The notes under the pieces were generated by a model. It had not been told where the DNA came from, did no database searches, and saw nothing but the letters and a program-made list of their open reading frames with translations. Both the position numbers and the translations under genes were made by a program. Below are positions 7,778 through 15,029 of a DNA stretch of 17,638 bases, piece by piece. Each line of letters begins with the position of its first letter. Position 1 is the stretch's first letter. This DNA comes from Dehalococcoidia bacterium (GTDB lineage: Bacteria; Chloroflexota; Dehalococcoidia; GIF9; AB-539-J10), in assembly GCA_030612025.1 (NCBI GenBank), contig JAUWOR010000015.1, positions 1 through 17,638 on the forward strand, written 5' to 3'.

Positions 7778-7800
7778 TTTTTCACCTCTAAAAAAGATAT

Positions 7801-7964
7801 TAGGCCGTTTAATTTTGCCTCATTCACTTTTAATAATCTTCACCTCCAAGATTTTCGTAGTGCGACCCTTTAGGGTCGCGCACGAGGCTCAGGTAGTTGC
7901 CTTGGGTAATCAGGCTCTTATTGCCCAATAAATTGGGCAACTACTACATTTCTAAACAGCCTCA
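7801..7964 (+). repeat. Mini-element copy D with a second REP-like unit nested in its core
   Basis: Ends are TAGGCCGTTTA and TAAACAGCCTCA. The core begins GTAGTGCGACCC-TTTA-GGGTCGCGCACGAGGCT (7857-7889), then is interrupted by GTAGTTGCC...GCCCAATAAATTGGGCAACTAC (7893-7944). Confidence 0.75.
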
Positions 7965-7971
7965 GATATGA

Positions 7972-8000
7972 ATTTTATAGTGCCAATTGTTATGTGTCAA
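7972..8000 (-). promoter_or_regulatory. Sigma70-type promoter of rplU-rpmA-rpmE
   Basis: TTGACA (8000-7995), 17 nt, TAAAAT (7977-7972). Confidence 0.65.
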
Positions 8001-8009
8001 GCCAAACTT

Positions 8010-8765
8010 TTAGCATCTAGCCTTTAGCCAGTTAAGCACAGTAGTTATTGCTGTTTCTTCGAGGCGCAACTTGTGCTTGGCACCCGGGATTATGGCTAGC
8101 TCTTTGGGCTCTTTAGCCTTTTGATAAAGCATATGTGCCTGTTCCAGAGGCACTACCTCATCAGCATCTCCATGAACCAGAAGCAGCGGGCGGGGAGAGA
8201 TCTTGTCTATCCAGTGAATTGGAGAGACGACTTCAAAGCCCCTGAGCCATTCCTCAATCGAAGGTGGGAAATTATTGTCTCTGATGGCTCCGATGTCGCG
8301 AAAGTGCTGGATGGCGGAAGGGGCTTTTTCTTTGCTGGTAAGAGAGCCGAAGTCAGCCGGGCAGGCGCAAGCTACTAGTGAGGATATCCTGGTGTCATGA
8401 GCGGCAACATAAACACTGACAGCTGCTCCTCCGCTAAAGCCAAGGAGGCAAAGGCGAGTTTTATCTGTTTTTTCGAGGTGGCAGAGAAAATCAATAGCAT
8501 TTCCTAAATCTTGGCTCCAGCCTAGAAGGTCTAGGTTACCCTGACTCATTCCGGCACCACGAAAGTTGAAAATCAAAGTGGCAAAGCCAGCGGCACAAAA
8601 TCTTTGTGCCAGCGCAGCGTAGCCTCTATCTTGAGGGTTGTAAGGAGTGGCGGGAATGCCATGGCAGATGCATAAAGCGGGGTAAACCTTGCTTTCTGAG
8701 GGGATATAAACTTCGCCGGCAAGCTCAAGTCCATCGCTTCTTAAGTAAATGGTTTTTGAGGTCAT
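8010..8765 (-). CDS. Alpha/beta-fold hydrolase
   Basis: CHG, FNFRGAGMS, nucleophile elbow GFSGG, LLVHGDADEVVP, GAKH (Ser-Asp-His triad). Confidence 0.9.
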   Translation of the reverse strand: MTSKTIYLRSDGLELAGEVYIPSESKVYPALCICHGIPATPYNPQDRGYAALAQRFCAAGFATLIFNFRGAGMSQGNLDLLGWSQDLGNAIDFLCHLEKTDKTRLCLLGFSGGAAVSVYVAAHDTRISSLVACACPADFGSLTSKEKAPSAIQHFRDIGAIRDNNFPPSIEEWLRGFEVVSPIHWIDKISPRPLLLVHGDADEVVPLEQAHMLYQKAKEPKELAIIPGAKHKLRLEETAITTVLNWLKARC

Positions 8766-8775
8766 CCCCAGAGTT

Positions 8776-9348
8776 TCAAATATAGTAGGCGCGCCTTTTC
8801 TTCTTAAAGAAGTAGCCTGCTACCAGGCCTAAGATAAGACCCCCAAGGTGAGCTTGCCAGGCTATTCCTCGGAAGAGGAAGGAAATTATAAGAAAGAGTG
8901 CCATAGCCGCCCAAAGGGGAACCGGAACCGGGATAAAGAATATAAAAACGGGTATTTTGGGAGCCATTATTGCTAGTGCCCCACCTAAGGCGAAGATAGC
9001 TCCGGAAGCTCCTATGCCTACCGAGAAGGGAGATGCTAGAAGGAGGTAGAAGATATTCCCTAGCACACCCCCAGCAAAATATATTTTGAGAAAATTCTTC
9101 TCTCCGACTAGCTTGGTGAAGAAACCTCCCAGAAAATACAGGCTTATCATGTTGAATAAGATATGGCCAAAGCTTCCGTGGACAAAGAGATTGGTTATTA
9201 TAGTCCAGGGTCGGTGTAAGAAATTGGCCGGTTGCAAGCCAAGAAAAAAGATTGCATCTGGCCTTACCAAGGTGACGATAAAAATTAAGACATTTAGAGC
9301 TATTAAGAACAAGATGGCATTCAGGTTGAAGGTGCTGTGGCTTCTCAT
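8776..9348 (-). CDS. Rhomboid family intramembrane serine protease
   Basis: PWTIITNLFVH, HILFNM, GASGA (Ser), AHLGG (His); multiple hydrophobic helices. Confidence 0.93.
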   Translation of the reverse strand: MRSHSTFNLNAILFLIALNVLIFIVTLVRPDAIFFLGLQPANFLHRPWTIITNLFVHGSFGHILFNMISLYFLGGFFTKLVGEKNFLKIYFAGGVLGNIFYLLLASPFSVGIGASGAIFALGGALAIMAPKIPVFIFFIPVPVPLWAAMALFLIISFLFRGIAWQAHLGGLILGLVAGYFFKKKRRAYYI

Positions 9349-9453
9349 TGAGTCAATTATAGATTAACGCCATCTAGCAATTCAATGGGCTGTACTCGTT
9401 CATATGATTATTGACACCTCCCTTATTGTCATTACAAAGCAATCTATTTTGAT

Positions 9454-9478
9454 TCTCCCTCCCCTGGCGGGAGGGAGA
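9454..9478. repeat. Pyrimidine/purine-tract hairpin repeat
   Basis: TCTCCCTCCC-CTGGC-GGGAGGGAGA, a perfect 10-bp stem, followed by AGGGAGGGGG and a degenerate echo to about 9525. Confidence 0.5.
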
Positions 9479-9580
9479 TAAAGGGAGGGGGGATTCATCC
9501 TCACCTATCCTCTCTTGTAAGGAAGAAAAAATCATTACATGAGAGGAATTCCCGCAAAGGTTGCCACACCACCATATCCC

Positions 9581-9640
9581 GGTCGGGGACAAGCCCCGAC
9601 CCTACGAAATGTAACCGTAGTGGCGGGGTTCATCCCCGCC
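9581..9640. repeat. Back-to-back GTAG-type REP-like hairpins
   Basis: GGTCGGGG-ACAAG-CCCCGACC-CTAC (9581-9605) and GTAG-T-GGCGGGG-TTCAT-CCCCGCC (9617-9640). Confidence 0.7.
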
Positions 9641-9892
9641 TTATTCTCACAATGGCATAAGAACTACCTAGGTATCACCCATCTAGCTGAACTAGGTCAG
9701 TCATTCCGCATCCTAAGCGCTTCTCAGATGGCTGGATTGCGTGGATGGTCATAGCCACTTATATTGAGTTTTTAGCCCTAATCTTGCAGATAGATATTGA
9801 CAAGCACGGACATGGATGTAACTATATTATATTCCTAAGTTGTGCCTGGTAAGCTGATGCATTTGCCATGATGGCTAAGAGGAGTTTGCTGG

Positions 9893-10312
9893 GTGTCAGA
9901 AAAAGTGAGAAAAAAGGCCATGACAAGTTATGAGGAATTAATCCCTGGCTATGAGTTCCCTCCGGCTAGCTATGAATTAAGTGCCTCACTTATCTCCAAG
10001 TATCTAGAAGCAGTGGATTGTGCGGATGAATTAAAAGTTTTTGGAGGATTTGTCCCTCCTCTAGCTATAGGAGCATATGCTATGGCTGCTATGGCGGAGT
10101 CACTTTCATTACCCCCAGGTACCATACATGCTTCCCAGGAGTTCGAGTTTTTCAAATTAGTACCTATTGGCGCCACAATAAATTGTCAGGCAAAAGTAGC
10201 GCGGAAGCTAGCTCGTGCTACCATGCATATATTAGTATTGGAACTTAATGTTTTGGACCAAAGTAGAGAAAGGGTGCAATCGGGAAAGGCAACTATTGTG
10301 TTGCCAGTCTAA
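9893..10312 (+). CDS. MaoC-like hotdog-fold protein lacking the hydratase motif (HadA-like partner subunit)
   Basis: PGYEFP...FVPP...GTIHASQEFEFFKLVPIG pattern. No D-x4-H motif. GTG start 8 nt after AGAGGAG. Confidence 0.75.
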   Translation: MSEKVRKKAMTSYEELIPGYEFPPASYELSASLISKYLEAVDCADELKVFGGFVPPLAIGAYAMAAMAESLSLPPGTIHASQEFEFFKLVPIGATINCQAKVARKLARATMHILVLELNVLDQSRERVQSGKATIVLPV

Positions 10313-10320
10313 GGGGGCAA

Positions 10321-10743
10321 ATGCTGAGTGAAATTTGCCAGGGTAAAACTCTCCCCCAAGTGGTGAAACACATCACTCAGGAGAAGATTAACCTCTATGC
10401 TGAGGCTTCTGGGGATTTTAATCCTATTCATGTAGATGAATCTTTCGCCGCTGAAACACCTCTGGGCGGCACCATTGCCCATGGCATGCTTATTTTGGCT
10501 TATGTGTCAGAGATGATGGCGCTGGCTTTTGGCCAAAGTTGGCTTTCAGGAGGCAGGCTTTCTGCGAGGTTTAAAGCACCAGCGCGCCCTGGCGATACTG
10601 TGACTGTCGGTGGAAAAATTGATTCCATTGAGCATAAGAATGGTATATCATATGCTAATTGTAGCCTTGAGTGCTGTAATCAAAAGGATGAGACAATAGT
10701 TGTAGGTGGGGCGGTGGTTAGGCTTCCTAGCAGCAAGAGATAA
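10321..10743 (+). CDS. MaoC-family (R)-specific dehydratase (HadB-like)
   Basis: Hydratase-2 motif YAEASGDFNPIHVD...IAHGM; RFKAPARPGD. Confidence 0.9.
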   Translation: MLSEICQGKTLPQVVKHITQEKINLYAEASGDFNPIHVDESFAAETPLGGTIAHGMLILAYVSEMMALAFGQSWLSGGRLSARFKAPARPGDTVTVGGKIDSIEHKNGISYANCSLECCNQKDETIVVGGAVVRLPSSKR

Positions 10744-10746
10744 CTT

Positions 10747-11781
10747 ATGCCTGAGGTTAGTAAGAAAGCAAGAATAGCAGTTGATGCTATGGGTGGTGAT
10801 TATGCTCCTGAGGAGATAATCAAGGGGGCAGTTCTTGCCGCTCAGAAAGGCGATGTAGAAATTGCCTTAGTTGGCCCGATAGACATATTGAAAAAAGAGA
10901 TAGCCAAGTGTAATTCTTCTGCTAGTTTGCCTATCCGTTGCGTTCAGGCAAGTGATGTTGTAAAGGAAGGTGAGTCACCTGCCTTAGCAGTTCGTCACAA
11001 GCCCAATTGTTCTATAGCTGTGGCTACAAAGCTGGTAAAAGCAGGAGAGGCAGATGCAGTGGTTGGTGCTGGCTCTTCAGGAGCAGTGGCTGTTAGCGCT
11101 ATCCAGTATCTGGGTATGGTGGAGGGGGTGGAGCGCCCAGCAATCGCTGGTACTCTTGGCAGCTTTGCTCCTAACACAGTATTAGTGGATTTTGGAGCTA
11201 ATGTAGATTGTAAGCCACATCAATTTTTGTCTTTTGCCATTGCTGGTTCTGTCTTTGCCAAAAAGTTTCTCAATATTGCCAATCCCACAGTGGGCTTGTT
11301 AAGCACTGGTACTGAGGAGGGTAAAGGAAATGAGGCAGTTCGTGAGGCTTATCCCCTCCTTAAAAACAGCGGTTTAAATTTTATTGGCAACATAGAGGGC
11401 AGTGATATCTTCAGTGGGAAGGCCAATGTGATAGTCTGTGACGGATTTGTGGGCAATGTAATTTTGAAATTCTATGAAAGCTTGGGAGACCATGCCTTAA
11501 ATTACATGAAGCGGAAACTGAAGAAATATCCCCCGTTGAGCGGCATAGCTAAGTTATTGTTTAATAGGTTATTCCCGGTAACTAAAATGTCTTATGAGGG
11601 TGAGGAGAAAGGTGGCGGTATTCTATGGGGTGTTGATGGCGTTGTCCGAATATCGCATGGAGCTAGCCGAGCCCCGCATATAGCTTGTGCTATAGCAGGT
11701 GCCAGAAAGGCTGTAGAGGCTGATATCGTTGGCTGCTTAAAGTCGGAATTGGCAAAATTCCAAAAAGAAGGCAAGTTATAA
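10747..11781 (+). CDS. plsX: Phosphate acyltransferase PlsX
   Basis: IAVDAMGGDYAP, ERPAI, DFGANVD, GTEEGKGN, NFIGNIEG, VCDGFVGNV, SHGAS. Confidence 0.93.
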   Translation: MPEVSKKARIAVDAMGGDYAPEEIIKGAVLAAQKGDVEIALVGPIDILKKEIAKCNSSASLPIRCVQASDVVKEGESPALAVRHKPNCSIAVATKLVKAGEADAVVGAGSSGAVAVSAIQYLGMVEGVERPAIAGTLGSFAPNTVLVDFGANVDCKPHQFLSFAIAGSVFAKKFLNIANPTVGLLSTGTEEGKGNEAVREAYPLLKNSGLNFIGNIEGSDIFSGKANVIVCDGFVGNVILKFYESLGDHALNYMKRKLKKYPPLSGIAKLLFNRLFPVTKMSYEGEEKGGGILWGVDGVVRISHGASRAPHIACAIAGARKAVEADIVGCLKSELAKFQKEGKL

Positions 11782-11792
11782 AGGAGGTGCAA

Positions 11793-12041
11793 ATGTCTGT
11801 TGAAGAGGAAATGAAGGAAATAGTGGCCCAGATTGTTCATGTTGATAAGAGCGTCCTTACGCGGGAGGGCTCTTTACGTAAGGATATAAAGGCAGATTCC
11901 TTGGATATAGTGCAGGCGATGGTAGCGGTGGAGGATAAATTTGATATTGAGATCCCCGATGAGGAGGCCCAAAAATTTCAGAACTTCGGCGATTTTGTTG
12001 ATTATGTGGAAAGACGTGTGGCAGAAAAGGAGAAAGTTTAG
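11793..12041 (+). CDS. acpP: Acyl carrier protein
   Basis: ADSLD phosphopantetheine site; EDKFDIEIPDEEA. ATG 11793 lies 5 nt after AGGAGG. Confidence 0.92.
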   Translation: MSVEEEMKEIVAQIVHVDKSVLTREGSLRKDIKADSLDIVQAMVAVEDKFDIEIPDEEAQKFQNFGDFVDYVERRVAEKEKV

Positions 12042-12043
12042 CC

Positions 12044-12823
12044 ATGCCTCTTAAAGGCAAACTAACTTTGGTCACCGGCAGTGGACGGGGTATTGGCAGA
12101 GCCATTGCTCTAAAGCTTGCCTCGCAAGGCAGTGATATTATTGTCAATTTCTTCCGCCGCCGCGAGGCTGCTGAAAAGACAGCCAAAGATATTGAAGCCC
12201 TGGGAGTGAAAGCTGAGGTCATCAGAGCTAATGTGGGAGACCCGGCGAAGCTCGGTGAAATGTTTGACACGATTGCCACTAAGTTTGGTCATCTGGATAT
12301 TCTGATTAATAACGCTGCTTCAGGCGTAGGTCGCTCAGTCCTGGATGTTGATATCAAGGCTTGGGATTGGACCATGAACATCAATGCCAGAGCTTTTTTG
12401 CTCTGTGCCCAAAGGGCAGCTAAGCTGATGGAGGGAAGGGGTGGTAAAATGGTCAGCATCACTAGCTTGGGTTCCTCCTTCGTGTTACCTAGCTACGCCG
12501 TTGTAGGAATATCTAAGGCTGCTTTGGAGGCCTTAACTCGTTACCTGGCGATAGAGCTAGCCCCTAAAGGCATCTGTGTTAATGCCGTGGCTGCCTCTGC
12601 TGTGGAGACGGAGGCACTGAAATTCTACATTAGAGAGGGGCTGATGAAAGATATTCGTCAAGCAACCCCAGCGGGAAGGATGGTCATTCCTGAGGATGTA
12701 GCCAACGTGGTGGCTTTTCTATGCAGTGAAGAAGCTTTTATGATAAGAGGACAAACAGTTGTTGTTGATGGAGGTACATCTGTGGCGCCGTTCATTACTG
12801 TGGAAAAGGAGGAAAGACGATGA
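12044..12823 (+). CDS. fabL: Enoyl-ACP reductase, FabL-like SDR
   Basis: TGSGRGIG, ANVGDPAK, INNAASGV, WDWTMNINA, ITSLGS, Y-x6-K (YAVVGISK), AALEALTRYLAIEL. These closely follow the recalled B. subtilis FabL sequence. Confidence 0.85.
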   Translation: MPLKGKLTLVTGSGRGIGRAIALKLASQGSDIIVNFFRRREAAEKTAKDIEALGVKAEVIRANVGDPAKLGEMFDTIATKFGHLDILINNAASGVGRSVLDVDIKAWDWTMNINARAFLLCAQRAAKLMEGRGGKMVSITSLGSSFVLPSYAVVGISKAALEALTRYLAIELAPKGICVNAVAASAVETEALKFYIREGLMKDIRQATPAGRMVIPEDVANVVAFLCSEEAFMIRGQTVVVDGGTSVAPFITVEKEERR

Positions 12824-14058
12824 GCATGCCACGAGTTGTGGTTACCGGAATGGGCACTGTTAATCCTCTAGGCTTGAATGTAGAGGAGTTTTGGCAAGGA
12901 TTAGTAGCTGGGAAGTCGGGAATCGGTCTTATTACTCGCTTCGACGCTAGCAACTTCTATGTGAAGGTAGATGCTGAGGTAAAGAATTTTGACCCCACGA
13001 AATACATGAACCTAAAGACGATTGATCGCTCTACTAGGGCGGTTCAATTTGCTATTGCTGCGGCTAAGGAAGCAATAAAATCAGCCGAATTAGATATGAC
13101 TAAAGAATGTCCTGAGCGGGTAGGTGTTAGTGTTGGCTGTATGGTAGAAAGTGGCTATGTTGTCAAGCAAAGTGAGTTGATTAATAGGCGTGGACCGAGA
13201 AGAGCTGACCCTCTCTTTATCGCCAAATCAGGCCCCAGCGCAGCCTCAATGCAGATAGGGATGTTGCTGGGAGCTAGAGGACCTAATTCTAGTGTGAATA
13301 GCCTTTGTGCTACTGGAGCTGATGCTATAGGAACGGCCCTAAATTTCATCTGCTTGGGCTATGCTGATGTGATGATAGCTGGAGGGGTTGATTCCAGTTT
13401 AGACCCTGTTTCTATAGCTGGTATTGATATTTTGGGAGCTCTTTCTCGTGAGCCGGACCCAGCTAAGGCTTGTCGGCCTTTCGATCTTAACCGCAGTGGC
13501 TTTATTTTTGGTGAAGGTGCCGGTTTAGTTATTTTGGAAAGCTATGAACATGCCAAAAAGAGGGAGGCACCAATCTTGGCTGAATTAGCTGGTGTCAGTT
13601 GGTCTTTTGATGCTCATGATGCCACTGCCCCAGCCCCTGAGACGGAGGCTTACGCTATGAAGACCGCTCTGCAAAATGCTGGGGTAAAACCGGAAGAGGT
13701 TGATTATATCAATGCCCATGGCACCAGCACCAGGGCAAACGACCCCAATGAAACTAAAGCCATTAAGATGGCTCTTGGAGACTACGCTTATAAAGTCCCG
13801 GTAAGTTCCACCAAGTCTATGATTGGTCATATAGTAACCGCTGCTGGTGCTATCGAAACTATTGCTTCTATACTATGTATGAATAAGGGGATCATCCATC
13901 CCACCATAAATTATGAAACACCTGACCCGGAGTGCGACTTGGATTACGTTCCCAATGTAGCCCGCCGGGCACAAGTGAATGTTTGTTTAACGAATAGTTT
14001 TGGTCTTGGCGGGGAAAATTGCTGTTTAGTACTGAAAAGGTTTAGTGAGCAAAGCTAA
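12820..14058 (+). CDS. fabF: Beta-ketoacyl-ACP synthase II (FabF-like, divergent)
   Basis: RVVVTGMG, Cys (SLCATG), His (NAHGTST), His (KSMIGH), CRPFD, GEGAG, NSFGLGG. Confidence 0.9.
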   Translation: MSMPRVVVTGMGTVNPLGLNVEEFWQGLVAGKSGIGLITRFDASNFYVKVDAEVKNFDPTKYMNLKTIDRSTRAVQFAIAAAKEAIKSAELDMTKECPERVGVSVGCMVESGYVVKQSELINRRGPRRADPLFIAKSGPSAASMQIGMLLGARGPNSSVNSLCATGADAIGTALNFICLGYADVMIAGGVDSSLDPVSIAGIDILGALSREPDPAKACRPFDLNRSGFIFGEGAGLVILESYEHAKKREAPILAELAGVSWSFDAHDATAPAPETEAYAMKTALQNAGVKPEEVDYINAHGTSTRANDPNETKAIKMALGDYAYKVPVSSTKSMIGHIVTAAGAIETIASILCMNKGIIHPTINYETPDPECDLDYVPNVARRAQVNVCLTNSFGLGGENCCLVLKRFSEQS

Positions 14059-14065
14059 ATAGAAG

Positions 14066-14157
14066 ATTAAAATGAAAAATGAAAAATACAAAGCAAAGGT
14101 AAAAAATTTTGAGTTTTGAATTGTAATTTTGACTTTTTATCTTTGATTTTTGATTTT
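14066..14157. repeat. Imperfect palindromic ~7-nt periodic A-tract/T-tract array
   Basis: An A-rich half (AAAATGAAAAATGAAAAATACAAAGCAAAGGTAAAAAA) then a T-rich half (TTTTGAG TTTTGAA TTGTAAT TTTGACT TTTTATC TTTGATT TTTGATT) that is roughly its reverse complement. Confidence 0.6.
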
Positions 14158-14159
14158 AG

Positions 14160-14915
14160 ATGGAACTAGAAGACAAAGTATCTCTGGTAACTGGTGCCTC
14201 TCGAGGTATGGGTAGAGCCATTGCTTTGAAGCTTTCCAGCCTTGGTTCCAAGGTGGCGATCAATTACGTGGGAATTGAGGCTGATAATAAGTCTGATGCT
14301 GATAGTGTAGTGGAAGCTATAACCCATCAGGGTGGGGAAGCTATGCCAGTGGAAGCTGATGTTCGGGATGGCGATGCAGTGAAGGCTATGGTGCAGGAGG
14401 TAACTGGCAGATGGGGCAAGATTGATATTTTGGTAAATAATGCTGGCATTACCAGGGATAATTTGTTGCTACGGATGTCTGATGAAGCCTGGGATGATGT
14501 AATAGATACCAATTTACGAGGGGCTTATTTGTGCACTAAGTTTGCCTTGAGGTCTATGATAAGGCAGAGGTGGGGGCGCATTATTAACATTGCCTCCATT
14601 GCTGGATTGATAGGCAATGTCGGGCAAACTAATTATGCCGCATCTAAGGGCGGGTTGATTGCCTTTACCAAGAGTGTAGCTCGGGAGGTAGGCTCGCGGG
14701 ATATAACCGCAAATGCAGTAGCACCAGGTTTCATCAAAACTAAGATGACGGAAAAGCTGCCTGAGGAGATAAAGAAATCTATTCTATCGATGGCATTGCT
14801 GCAGCGCTTTGGCGAGCCAGAAGAGGTGGCTGAGCTAGTGGCTTTCTTAGCTAGTGATAGAGCTAGCTATATTACCGGGCAGGTCATTACCATAGATGGT
14901 GGCGTATCTACTTGA
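14160..14915 (+). CDS. fabG: 3-oxoacyl-ACP reductase
   Basis: TGASRGMG, LVNNAGITRDNLLLRM, GNVGQTNYAASKGG (YxxxK), VAPGFIKT, YITGQVITIDGG. Confidence 0.95.
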   Translation: MELEDKVSLVTGASRGMGRAIALKLSSLGSKVAINYVGIEADNKSDADSVVEAITHQGGEAMPVEADVRDGDAVKAMVQEVTGRWGKIDILVNNAGITRDNLLLRMSDEAWDDVIDTNLRGAYLCTKFALRSMIRQRWGRIINIASIAGLIGNVGQTNYAASKGGLIAFTKSVAREVGSRDITANAVAPGFIKTKMTEKLPEEIKKSILSMALLQRFGEPEEVAELVAFLASDRASYITGQVITIDGGVST

Positions 14916-15029
14916 CCATTCGCTGCTGTAGAATTAAAGCCTCGTAACCCCCATTACGGGTATTATCTTTTCATCTTGGAGCTAAAAATTTAAGACGCAC
15001 AGTTGCCAAGCCTTGCTTGATAGAGCAAC

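Noticed and set aside
9374-9754. ORFs 9374..9592 and 9539..9754
   Set aside because: They are translations of palindromic repeats with no protein-family signal.
9797-9830. Promoter for the fab cluster at TTGACA 9797-9802
   Set aside because: No good -10 at 16-18 nt spacing; plausible but not supportable.
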